DNA of 64,000 nt from Tubiluchus corallicola (lineage: Eukaryota; Animalia; Priapulida): contig JAQGDQ010000420.1 in NCBI GenBank assembly GCA_030141605.1, forward strand, positions 138,709-202,708, written 5' to 3'. Made by a program: the position numbers and the translations under genes. Shown here piece after piece: positions 1-14,100 of the stretch; within the stretch, counting starts at the first letter, position 1; each line of letters opens with the position of its first letter. The notes under the pieces were generated by a model that did no database searches, was not told where the DNA came from, and worked only from the letters and a program-made list of their open reading frames with translations.

Positions 1-96
1 ATGCTATCAAATATCGATGCAAAAAAACTCAAAAGTTTTAGTGCAGCAGCCATAATTGCGCTGCAACAAAATAGCCAATCTTGACTAACATACGCC

Positions 97-229
97 AAGT
101 CTACATAACGAACGACCACGGCGATTATAGAGTTAGAAAGTTAGAATAATAAAACAAGGCAAAAGAAAGTGAAAGTTTTTGTTTTATTGTTCTAACGCTT
201 ATTGCTGTGGTCCTTCATTATGTAGACTT
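97..229. repeat. Short palindromic element (MITE-like)
   Basis: AAGTCTACATAACGAACGACCACGGCGA.. is the inverted copy of ..TTGCTGTGGTCCTTCATTATGTAGACTT. Confidence 0.65.
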
Positions 230-653
230 AGAGTAATGGTTTACTATGTGCGAACTTTTCTGAGTCTCATATATCACATATTTTTTTTACATTTCTTTTG
301 AATTTCTTCATCCATGTACATGCGTTGACGCAACCTAGTTCGATGCAGAAACTGATGATGTTGACTATAAAAATGTACCATCAGCTTGTGATTGCAGAAC
401 ACACCCTAGAAGACAAATGATCTTAATCCTTGATCATCACGATTGTAGGATACGACATCAGTTCCGCTCCCAACTATAGCAAAATCCAGCGAGCTTTTCA
501 AATTGACTTCTTCATAACTGTTCACTCGCATGTCATTTCAGTTATGGTTACTGCTTAATTTTGCACAGTCCTTTCTCTTCATTTTTCTCTAGTTTCCCCC
601 TTTTTTCTTTCTCTCGCTCCCCCTTTCTCTTCTCTCCCCCCTCTCTCTCTAGC

Positions 654-978
<325 letters not shown>

Positions 979-2141
979 TGTTCTCCCTCACTCTTTCTCT
1001 CTCTTTTTCTCTCAATCCTGTCTCTCCCTCTCCCTCTCCCTCTCTTTGTCGTCTTGTCTCTACAGGTCATGTACACAAATCACAACGATGTTCAAATATA
1101 ATTTCCAAGACAGAATGGAAAAAACGCCATCATCATTGCTGTCATCCTATGCTCTGATGATTAATTTACAATAGTACTATTATGATGGTTATTAACTTTA
1201 TAAAAAATGCCAAGTAAAAAAATTAAGACAGTTGTATACTTGAGAATATTTATAAAATGAAACTTAACTAAAACGAATTTTAAGCAAGCAAAATCATAAC
1301 AAATCGATATAACGCCAACATAAAAAACAAATGAAAATGAAATTGCAATTGCAATAATGCAAGCAAGCAATAAAAGATAAAAAGAACCAAGCAACGGAAT
1401 TATTTCAAATTTCATGCAAATAATAATATTATAATATAATAATAACATTTATAATAATATATAAACTGTATATTATATGTATTGTAATAACTCACATAAT
1501 GTACAAGAAAATAAATTATTAATGAGAGATTTGATAAACATTTATATATAATTATCTAAATCAACAGTGTCCATGTTTTACTTCTGACAAAATTTTATTC
1601 AAAACAAATGTCAAATTTCCAAATTAGAATTATTTAAATCATTAGCGTTCTTTTTTAACAAATATTCGTGAAAACAAAATTATACTTTCATGCAGAACAT
1701 ATTAAAAAATGCAAAATACTTTAAAAAAGAAAGAAAGAAAAAGAGAGCAATACTGATAGAATCAGTATTATGCTGCTACTCTACAGATGTCAATCAAAAA
1801 CATTTTACATTGTTACTAAATGATCTATAATTCGATATGACAGTTTCTCAAGTCCGTGTTTGATTACTCCAGATCAATGTGTCTTGATACATTGTGCCTT
1901 GTGCTAATTATTATTATTATTATTATTATTATCTTTCCTGTATCTCTGACTGACCATATGCATTTATCTACGTGCGATGTTATATATTGTCTTGGTATGC
2001 GTTCTGCGCTATCAGGTTTGCAACTTTGTACTGCAATAAACTCGTCTCGCGGTGAGCTAGGTAGTGTAGATTGGTGGTACAGTAGTGAATGTTGGCGCTG
2101 GATCCGTAGAGCTTACGTCTTGCTAGAATTATTAAAACGAA

Positions 2142-5100
2142 ATGTCCGTTTTTAAATTGTTTGACATGTTGTATACGTTTGTAGACGATAATTGGCCTCT
2201 GTTACTAGCACTTCTGCTGATAGCAGTGTTTATTGGTTTACTTGCGTTACTTATGTATGATACCGAACCTGCAAGAACTCCATTTCGCGTTGGTTCTGTG
2301 CGTCCTCCGAAACCACTTGTCATTGATCAGAATGAAAGAGACAAGGTGATAAAACAAGGTAATCATTGTTTGACCAGCAAGTGACACTTATAAGGTGTAG
2401 ATTTAATTAATTTACTAAAATGGGAAGAGAGAGATTGAAAAATTATTAAAGAGTGCTTGTTATGTACAGATGCTATACATTTTTTTGTGTGATAACAATT
2501 ATTGATAGTTTACTTTAATCAGATTGTTCCGCTAATAAAGTTAGACGTTTTCGAATATCCAGCAATAACAGTTTGTAAGTATGGTTGTGGGTCAGTCACA
2601 ATCTCCTTCATAGAAAATAGGGTATGCTGCATTTGAGCTGCTCTTGCAATGTAAATGCTAAATGATCATGCTGCTGTATTAGCATAGTCAGTACCGTTGA
2701 CTAAGTAGGTCCGCTGTGCAGCGAACACATACCGCTGGTTTATGATAATCACTGGCAATCTGTGAAAGAAATGGGCCTAATCAGTGTCTATCGCTTTGTC
2801 TGTTCTTTTGGTAAAATGATATCCGCTTACTTGCCAGAAACGTTTGAATTTGTCATTAAAACTAACTGAGCTACAGTATGGACATAATTTTAATGCTTCT
2901 TAATTTATGACCGTATTATATCATAAAATGACGTTTAGTGATATCATCTGGTATGGTCAAGGAAGAATGATAGTTTTCATAGTATTTAACAGTTTTCAGT
3001 CAGTATTGATAAACAGCAAATTTAATCGACTGTTAACATTATCTTACATGATGCTTGTTATATTTTTTTGAACAAATTCACTGTGATTTAGTAAATTAAT
3101 AGTTTTAGCAGTCTAACACAAGCTTGGACAATTTGTATTGAACAATGATTTATTCCTTATTCCAAAATTCAATTGTCACTGTTTTTACATAAAAATTAAT
3201 AAAGTCTTAATATATTGGTGATGGATTGTGATAAGTTACTGATTAGATGCACTTTGTATGTCAAAAACTGTCAGTGTGCTATTGGTCCAAAGTTCAGTGA
3301 TTGCAAATAGTGTAGTTCTACTACTGACCAGCTGTAGAACTTGTTGACATGTACTCTGTGCATGATTTAATATTGACAGCTTGATTGCTTTATCATTTCA
3401 TCTCCAATTTGAATTGAGTAGGTCTTGTGGACATCATTAACATTGTAGCCTATTATACATAATTTATTATATATTCTAATTAATATATATCGAATATGTT
3501 ATAATTTTGCCAACATAATATACATTCATACCTCTGTTTTCGACCATAATTCGTTCCTAAGAAGTGTTTGAAAACCGATTTGGTTGAGAACTGAATCATT
3601 TATTCCCATAAGAAATATTGTAAAAGCAAATAATCCATTCTCAATTACCAAATGAACTGTAAAGTATTACTAAAACGAAATATAATAATGCAAAAATGTT
3701 TATTCAAACAGATGATATGATACAATTGATAAGAAAAACAATAGAATTACTTAGAAAGAAAAACATATTTGTTCCTGCATGAAAAAGCGGAAAAAAAATA
3801 AGCATAGAAAGCACTTAGCGACGTTAGGCGATTCAAATGTTGTGCGTGACTACTCTCGGGCGCGGTCGGTTATGCTCGGCTCGCCACGCATGTGTTCATC
3901 ACGTGTTTGTCGAATACCGAAATTCTTGTCGAGAACGGAGACAATTTAGCATCCAGTATCCAGCATTCAATGTTCAGTACGCATTATCCAATATTTTCTG
4001 TCGAAAACCGATTTGTACGAGTACGGAGATGTTCGAAAACGGAGGTATCACTGTATGATGAGAAATTGTATATTTCAGGAAATGCAACTTTTGACTGCAG
4101 ATAGTTTCTGATATAAGAGTTTCATGATAGCTATGCATTATGTGGACTATGTTTCCTCTTACAGTAGTTGCTTTCTTAAACTTTAGAAATGAGCCTGTAG
4201 CATTACAGTAGTTATGAAGTACTGAAAATCAAATGTACAGACTGTACTTAATACAGCTATAATTAATAAAAAAGTCATATGTGTAAGTTGTACATCTGAT
4301 CAAGTGTAGCTGACGCATTGTAATACAGGTACTCAATGTTGATCATTTGGACATGATTAGAACTAGTTCTTAAAACTCGGGTAAAAAGCATTTTTCACAT
4401 GCTGCAAGCCAGTATCCAGCATCCAGTATGTAATATGCAAAGTCCAGCATCCATAACCCAGCACTTATTATCCAGCATCCAGCATCTAATATCTAGTATC
4501 CAGTATTCAGTGTTCAGCATCCAATAGTATTCGGTATGTAATATGCTGCACCCAGCATTCAATATCCAGCATCCAGTATCCAATATCTATCATCCAGTAT
4601 GTAATATCCATTATCTGGCATTCACAACCTATGCATTCAGTAGCTAGTGCTCATCCAGTGCCCATCATTTAGCATCCAGCATTCAGTGTTCAGTATGCAT
4701 TATCCAACATTTAAAATCTAGTATCCACCATCCAGAATCCAGCATCCGACGTCTAGTATCCAGTATTCAATATTCAGCATCCAATATCCAGAATCAAGCA
4801 TTCAGCATCCAATATCCAGAATCAGACATTCAGTATTCAGCATCCAGTATTTAGTATCCGGTATTCAATATTCAGCTTCCAGTAATCACACATTCAGTAT
4901 GCAGCATCTAGTATCCAGCAGTAACTAGCCAGTGGCTACTTAATATTATCAGATAATAAACAGGGTTGAGGTTAGCTGTGTGGACAAGTAGATAATCTTG
5001 AAACATGAAAATCAATGTATATAGTAACGTTTGAGACACCTGATATTCTAAATAAACTTTAATAATTCAGTTAGTAATGCACTTTATGATGGACTGGATT

Positions 5101-8100
5101 TATTACGTTATGAAATAAAATTCATGAAAAAATATATTGCTAAGTGATTTTTAAATGGCCATGTGATTGGAACTGTTGCCTTTATGAAAATACATTTAGA
5201 TCACTTTAAGGTAATTAAAATAAGAGAGTGACTTTATTGCCTAGAGTTTCATTATACTTAATTAAAAAATTTATTCTAGGTTTTAAGAGAGATAAGGTAC
5301 CAGAGCAACTTGATGCGATTGTCATAGGCAGTGGTATAGGCGGTCTGGCGGCCGCGTCGCTCATGGCTCGAGCTGGGAAAAAAGTGCTGGTTCTAGAACA
5401 ACACGACCAAGCTGGTGGTTGCTGCCATACATTCATAGAGAAAGGTTTTGAGTTCGACGTAGGTAAGGAAATATTCTGACACAGGTATCCAGCATTCAAT
5501 ATCCAGCATCCAATAGTATCCGGTATGTAATATGCTGTACCTAGCGTTCAATATCCAGCATCCAATAGTATCCGGTATGTAATATGCTGTACCTAGCGTG
5601 CAATATCCAGCATCCAGTGTCTAATAACTATTATCCAGTTGATAATGTCCATTATCTGGCATGTTTCTGAAATGTGATGCTACTGATAATTTGATATAGT
5701 ATCAAGTTCACCGTATAGCCTACATAATTGATTTGTAATTAAGATTCATGAGACGACTTGCTTCATGTTTTACATAGTTACAGATATACAAACTTAACGG
5801 CTGGTTTATAGGAATGACCAAGATACTCATCACCTATAATATTTTTGCCAACATCATTCTCTTTGGTGTCTAGAATTTGTGTTCCATATTTACAGTCATG
5901 CAGTGGCGTCGTATTTTTTGTTTGCATTTACGAGCATTTAATTGAATTTCTAAGCTAATGTGTAATAATTGTCAAATATTATCATTAAAGGCAATAAAAT
6001 CTATGTTTTGTATCGGCTGTTGAAATAACCTTTGCTCCAAAGAAATTCATGACTTAGTAGTTAAGCAAACTGAAATATTTTAAATGAGTGTGATGAGTAA
6101 ATAAATTTATTTCGTAATTCTTACAAAAAATAAAATGGCTATTTGTATTTAGGCATTCACTACATTGGAGAAATGCGCTCTGATACAATGCTTCGAGCTC
6201 TCATGGACTCGATCACCGACGGCCAATTAAAATGGTCTGACCTGGACGATAATTATGACACTGTAAGTTGTGGTATCAATACTTGTATTAAAACAAAATC
6301 ACTGCTGGCACAGTTATAATGTTATGCATAAATTTATGTTTGTGCACACAAGTTTATGTACATAAGTATTGAATATATGCTGAGTAATGGATAACGTTAA
6401 CGTAACCCAAACTATTTTCCTGCTTGTGCTAAGCTTCTTTTTACACTTATTTCATTCATATGTTGTTTTGCTATTTCATTCTTGTGTTATTTTTTGTATT
6501 ATTTCTTGTTTTTTGCTACATTGGCTCTTATGGAAAGTGTGTGTGTGCACATGCAATTTTTTCTTCATTTTTTTCTGATTGTTTTTGCTACTAAATTTGC
6601 ACACCGGCTGCATAGTAGTGCCTGAGTCCGTACCAAATCCAGTTCTGAGTCCGTACGTGGTCTATACCTGTTGGAAATGCCAGGCTATTCAATTCAATTC
6701 CAAATTTTTATTTGTCTCTCTCAGTGGGTTACAAAGGGTTCGAAATTATAGTTAGTAAATTATATTAACAAAATAGAGACGGGTTGGCGAAAGACCAGTG
6801 GTCATCGAACAGCCACCTCTGTATAAATATGTTATTTTTAGATACCACAGCTCTTTTAAATTTAATAATACGAATATGTTATGTCTATTATTTGTGCTAC
6901 CATGTGTTGTGGATTTAATATTGCCTGACGAGCCAATAACTAAGTTTGCGCAAATGAGATTAACCAGTTTACAGATATTTTGAAGTTTATGGTGAGCAAA
7001 ATCAACAAAGTAAAGCAACTTAATATAATTGTTAGAAACACAGTTGCAGGCTAGACTTGATTTGGTCTCGGCACACACTAGATTTGCCCCTATAAATCAA
7101 AAGTGAATAAACTGATTCAATAGTTTGAGAAAATATCGAGTTTCTTAGAGAAACGTAGAATGACTTACATTTTTACCCTTTTCCAGGTTGCTTTAGGACC
7201 GCCGGGAAAATCTCGTTTCTTCCCTTTGAGGAACGGTCCAAAAGATGCCTACCGGAATTCTCTGCTTGAGAGTTTTCCAGATGAGAAAGCAGCCATAGAA
7301 AAGTGGATGGATTTACTAAAGGTATTAGTTTTGGTAGTTGCAGTGAACATATGGTGCTTTTGCTAGTGATGACAGTGGCTTTGGTAACAGCAGCAGCAGG
7401 GCAGCAGTTCAGTATAGCGGCAGCAGCAACAATGACAACAACACCGGGTACAGCAAAGCAAGAAAAAAGTGGCAAAAACGACATCAACAACACATTGCAT
7501 AGTGACATACTTAAGAAGCTATTGCACATCGAATCGGAAGCAGTTTTATTCCATTATGTACATTAAAAGTTTTTATTTCCTGTTTGTTTTATCATATAGG
7601 CTAAAGCCACAGATTAGCATTAGTTCAATGAATGAAACAGCACGCATATTTGGATCACTAACTTGTCATGGCTTAACCCTTTCTCTATGTAGTTCCTTTT
7701 TAACTGGACCACATTGACTTTTGCACATTTGACAATAACTTTTTGTGGTGTGCTACCAAAATAGAATGTTGTAAATAACCAAATAGTTGTTCGCTATTGA
7801 GTAATAATATTAAATACTTGTTTTATTTCTACTCATACGATCACATATACATGCACTCATGTGCACACACACACACACACGTGCAGGTCCTCATAAATAA
7901 GCATGTATACTTGTATTTAGAAACCAGTTTTCACAAAAGATATAGTACTAATCCATAATATGCAATCATTTTATAAGAATGCAGACCAGTCAGCTAAACA
8001 TATTGCATATTATATATTGCATTAAAGTGGTTTCTAAATATAGGTATACATGCTTATTTATGGTATTTATGAGGATATGCACGTGCGTGTGTGTGTGTTT

Positions 8101-11100
8101 GTGTGTGTATGTGTGTGTGTGTGTGTGCGCGCGCATGAGTGCATGTATATGTTATCGTAGAATATGTATATGAATAGAAATCATCAACGATCTACAAGTG
8201 ATTATGCATGGTAACATACCATGCAGTAGAGTATTGTGGAATGCACCTGACTTCAGACACTGATTGGCTGGCTAGCATTGTTGCAAAGCAACCCCAATCC
8301 CACGGCTCTTAAACTTTTCTACAATGTTTTGCTGGGCCGTAGCAGTGAAATAAACAGACGTAGGTGACTGTGCTTGGTGCTGAGCTTGGACGGCAGTCTA
8401 CCGCCTTCCGTCCCTTGCATGAAAAGCAGGCAGCAGTGTGCCACCTTCCCTAGTGAAAGGGTTAATGCAATCAATATCTAAGAGTACATAGTATTCGCCG
8501 AACATTTTTATTTTTACTGACATGAGCAATTATTCTGCTTTGCAGATTTGCCGTAAGAGCTTTGCCGGTGGGATGATATTGAAATTTTTGCCTAAATACT
8601 TAGCAAGAATATTTATGGGATTGGGAATTATGAACTGGTTCACCAGTTACTTTAAATATGCTAATAAATCACTGGGCGAAGTGCTGAATGAAGTGACCGA
8701 TAATAAAGACCTTCAGGCAGTTCTTGCTTACTGTTTTGGAGATTATGGTGAGTTTACTTGCGTATATTTTTATTCAAAACCTCCTAGCTGTTTCTGCTAC
8801 CGTGACTACAGGGTGAATTCATCAGGTTCCCACGGTCAGGGAAAATGCTTGAAAACACAGACTATCCTGGTAAGTCATGGAAAAGTCAGGGAAAATGATG
8901 AAAATGGGGCGAAAAGTAAAGGAAATTGGAAAGGGTTGCAAAAATAATCACCGTGAGCCGATATTTTTCCAAGCATATTTTTGTTTGTTCAATATATTTG
9001 TTCATATAAAATTTTGCTATGGCAGGCTCCCAGTTTCGATTTCTGTTCCAAACATAATGATTGGCTGACGCATTATATATTAGTATATGTATGAATGTCC
9101 ATACACAAAAATGTATGAATTTGTATACTGGTAATACAATTTCTGCTTATCTTGGTCATGGAAAATCAATATTTGGTCAAGGAAAAGTCAGGGCAATTTA
9201 TTTTAAAATTATGTAGGAACCCTGCTTCCTTATTTGTCATGTATGGAGGTGACTGGTCAAAAGTCTGTGTCTAAAAATGAAATAAGTGGGACAGTTGAAT
9301 ATCGTGTAATCGTGATTATATATTTTTTCTGCTGCTATTTATTTGTTTGCAAAGAAGCCGCATCTTTTGGTTGGTAAAGTCATTTCCTTGCAGCCATACG
9401 AACACGCACAACTGTTTTTATTTTATCGACCCACTCATAATTCACTTGGCAAAATTTTTGCAATTTTATTAGTCCGAAATGTACCATTTGCTAGTCGCTC
9501 CGTAAGAGCAGGTCTTACTTTTGTTTTAATTTTTCAAGCAAATTTAAGAGATGTGAATAGTCATGTGGTTACTGTGTGTGCTCACTAATCAAAGTTATGC
9601 AATGCCATGTCTGGTCATCAAATGGACGCGTGGCCACCTTGTTCTGTACTTCTAGACAGTTGTATTACCTCACTCACTGCCTCATTATAGAGAATTACCC
9701 TTGATAATAAGACAGGTTCTGGTCCTGCCACCATCAGTACATTAGGTAAACATTGTTGGTGAGTGCTAATCCCAGCTTGCAGTGTCCCAATCTGTAAGAA
9801 AAAAATTCCTACTGTTTATTACTGCTTGTTTCTTTGTAATATTTTTCAGCAAAATGCCAAAAATTTTAATCCTTTCTTATTGTTTAGGATCCATGCCATC
9901 CGAGGTTAGTTTCATCTTGCACACGGGTCTAATCAACCATTTTCTTTACGGTGCCTCCTATCCGAGAGGCGGAGCTAGCGAAATCGCATTCCACATCATC
10001 CCAAGCATAGAGCGCGCTGGTGGCAAGGTGATGGTTCGAGCTCCCGTGTCTCAGATATTGATCAAAAATGGCAAAGCAGTGGGTGAGTAATGTGTTAATG
10101 TGGTTGTTGTTTGCATTATTATTTATTGTTTACTCTATGCAGCAGTGGTTCTCAACCAGTGAGCTATGGCATACTCTCCAAATGGACCGTGTAGCGTGCT
10201 GAGAGAATCATTTTTTCGTATACCTGTCTTGTGAATTAAGTGAAGATTTTGTCAAAAAGTGGAACGTGATTTGTACAAAGAACTATTAAAGTTTTCTAAC
10301 AAAAACACCATTTCTGTAAAATTTTTGTTCCTTTATATTTTATCTTTTACCAAAAGTCATGCACGTAGATTTTTGGCCAAGGCAGACTGCAGTTTGAAAT
10401 GGGGACAGAGCATTTTATTCAGAAAGGCAACTGGGCTGTGGACCCAAAAAGCTTGGAAACCACTGCCATACAGTAGTACCACGTTACTTGTTTATTGTAT
10501 TTATTTTTGTCCAGCATAACGATAGAGCAGAAACTCGTTTTCACCTGTATTTTTACAATATTTACACACAAGTTTGCATGAAGCCCATCAAAATTTTGCG
10601 TTTTTTTCTTCTTATAGAGACATGGCTTAATTTGTATTTGATCTTTATTTCCTTTGAGAATCCGACAATTTTTCTGAGACACATTATTTTAAAACACAAG
10701 AAAACACTCTTCATAAATAAAGCTTAAAAATAGTTTTTAAATTTTATATCACTTACATGTTGTCTTATTGCACACAGGCCTTGCGTAAGCAAAAGACTGG
10801 ATAAAATTTGTAAATTTAAACTCCTGCGATGACCGTTAGATGCAGCAAGTTTAACAGTAAGTCCATTGAAACAAACTTAGATAACATTTTGCAGAATTTT
10901 GAAAAATAAACAGTAAGTAAGTAAGTAAGTAAAAAAATTTATTTGTCTCTGAATGTTACAAAATAAAGATAAACAAAAGCTAAAAACTAAAATAAAGACG
11001 GAAAAGAGACGGGGTGTCGAAAAGACCAAGGGTCACCAAGTCAACCACCCCTATCCAAACTGAAGAAAATTAAGTGACCTGTCAAGTAAGGTATGTACAA

Positions 11101-14100
11101 ATAAAAATAATCAGCAACTAAACAAAATAAAAAAAATAAATAAATAAGTCAACAAGTTCAAATGAGTTTAGATTTAGAAACAGTAAATAAATTTGGCAAT
11201 GAGAAGAGACGAAATTCAAATTAGCAAACAAAACGGAAAATTTAAACTCATCAAAAACAAAACTAATAATTACATATAAATCAAGAACTCAAACCAACAT
11301 AAGAAGCGAAAAAATGAAGCAATGTCAAGCCATGAGTTAATCATCACCAGGTCAAGTACCTCTATCCAGATTTAAAGGAAATTATATAACCAGACAAGGA
11401 AAATTATAATAATCTAACAGAATATTGGTAGCTCACTCTTCACTAATTAAGCAAAAGTTTAATACCAGTTGTACCTTTTCCCTCATTTACGACTTTCAAC
11501 AAAGGTAGTACAAAGGTGTAGCTGTGTTGCATTACATATGTGTAGCTAGGTTAACTGGCAATAATAATAACAATAACATTAATTTTTTGAATATTTTAAA
11601 GGCATTTTACGTGATGATCAACTACATCTTACAAGTAAAGGGTCATCAAAATTACAAAAAAGTTAATTCGTAAGATATATAAGGCCATGGCACATTGATT
11701 GATTAAAAGTGCATTGCACATGACAAAAAAGGGAAAATAATAAAAACACGGATAATTTAGTAAAATAATAAAAGCTATGCCATAAAACATACACCATCGT
11801 AAAAAATGCAGGATTAGCTCAACCACAGAAGGCTTCATTAAAATAATAGTGCTTCATCGTAAATTACTGCATCTCACTTACTAACTGTGAATATTTTCAG
11901 GCGTGAAGGTGAAGAAGACGAGCGGACATATTGACATCTTCGCGCCTCTTGTCATCTCAGATGCGGGCGTCTTCAACACATTCCAAAGACTTTTACCTGT
12001 TGAGATCGCAAGCAAAACCAGTACGTTTATTTTTTCACTTGTTACATCTAATTTTACTATAAAAAATAAACGTCGTACAGACCAACATAGATTAAAACTC
12101 GCGGAAGATATTACCAGAGTAGTAACATATCGTCACATACATGTGATTTGGAATGATACAGTAAAAATTTTGCTGTGAGCTTGCAGTTCATATAATCACA
12201 AACATTAACAATGATGAGCCATCAACTTCCTCCATTTTTCGTACTTAGAAAATTACGTATTACGACGTACTTAGAAAATTATGTATTTTGACGTACTTAG
12301 AAAATTACGTACTATGACATACTTAGAAAATTACGTACTGTGACGTACTTAGAAAATTACGTACTGTGACGTACTTAGAAAATTACGTACTATGACGTAC
12401 TTAGAAAATTACGTACTGTGACATACTTAAAAAATTACGTACTGTGACGTACTTAGAAAATTACGTACTATGACGTACTTAGAAAATTACGTACTATGAC
12501 GTACTTAGAAAATTACGTACTGTGACATACTTAGAAAATTACTTACTATGACTTACTTAGAAAATCACATACTATGATGTACTTAGAAAATTACGTACTA
12601 TGACGTACTTAGAAAATTACGTACTATGACATACTTAGAAAATTACGTACTATGATGTACTTAGAAAATTACGTACTATGACGTACTTAAAAAATTACAT
12701 ACTATGACATACTTAGAAAATCACGTACTATGACATACTTAGAAAATTACATACTATGATGTACTTAGAAAATTACATACTATGACGTACTTAGAAAATT
12801 ACGTATTATGACGTACTTAGAAAATTACGTACTATGACGTACTTAGAAAATTACGTACTATGACGTACTTAGAAAATTATGTAGTATGACGTTCTTAGAA
12901 AATTACATAAGAGAAGACAAGGATGGTAACATCATTGAGATAAATAGGCTGTCTAAGGTGTTACTTTAAGCACATTATTGATACAGGTTAAATTTTTTTT
13001 CACTTTGTAAAACGAAGACTTGAATTTTAGAATGTAATACGTTTGATGGTATGCAAGCCTCAGATACGAGTTAATTCAGAATATGGTGCTTTGAGAAAAG
13101 AAATTGACTAAAGGAGGCCAGCAGTTTCAGTCACCGTACTAATTTTTGTTATTTACTTCATCAATCCTATAAACACACACAAGCAATATTAAATTACAAG
13201 CCTGAAAAATTTTGACCTCTGTTGAAACATGAACTTAATAGTAATATCTTCAGTTTTTTGCTGGATTATTTCAGCTGTGCGTGAAAAATTTTGACCTCTG
13301 TTGAGACATGAACTTAATAGTAATACCTTCAGCTTTTTGCTGGTTTATTTCACCTGTGCTATCCATTACACCATTGAGGCATTCGCCTTTTCAAGTGAAG
13401 TTGTGTTGAGACGCACAGTTACAAGGCAGGCTAAAAATCTTGCAAGTTCAAGCGGCAACTCAAGTGCGTTATCTTTAATCAATACTGTTCAAACTGTTTT
13501 GATTTATGCAGGTATTTATCCTTTAATTAAACGGAAGAAAGTGAAAAGCGGAGTTGGTGCCATGTCATTGTTTGTGGGTCTGCGAGGAACAAAGGAAGAA
13601 CTGGGTTTAAAAGCCAACAACATTTGGGCATTTACTAGTAAGATATAAATAAAACATTTGTTTTTTATCATAATATAATGTTTGTCAAGACTCGTATATA
13701 AGCCTTACTTTGTTCATTACTTACTCATGCGTAAGTCTTATTTGTTTCATTATTTCATAATCGAATTTCATTTATTTATTATGTAAACAAGTGAATATAT
13801 AAGAATTCCGTCAGTTTTAAGCAGATATCGAAGATGAGGTTGACTCAGTAGAGCTGACTTTCTATAATGCACCAGCAATGACTCAAAATGAGTGGGAAAA
13901 CCCGAGAAGCAGAACCGACATTCCGTCTACAAAATCTGCTCCAACCAGTGTTTTGATTCAAAACAAATTTAAGCTTTTGTAACTCAAAATCTCTTTGCAT
14001 ATGCATCAAATTCCATTTTCCTGTACCAGAGAGCATGTAGCTAATTAACTCAGGTCTGTTAATCTTGCTAATCATAGTTAAACATTCTCTTTTCATATCC

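Noticed and set aside
12240-12908. Regular 23-36-bp repeats (also 25462-25987, 29565-30990, 32990-33357) as CRISPR arrays
   Set aside because: Units are head-to-tail with no unique spacers, there are no cas genes, and the context is eukaryotic.
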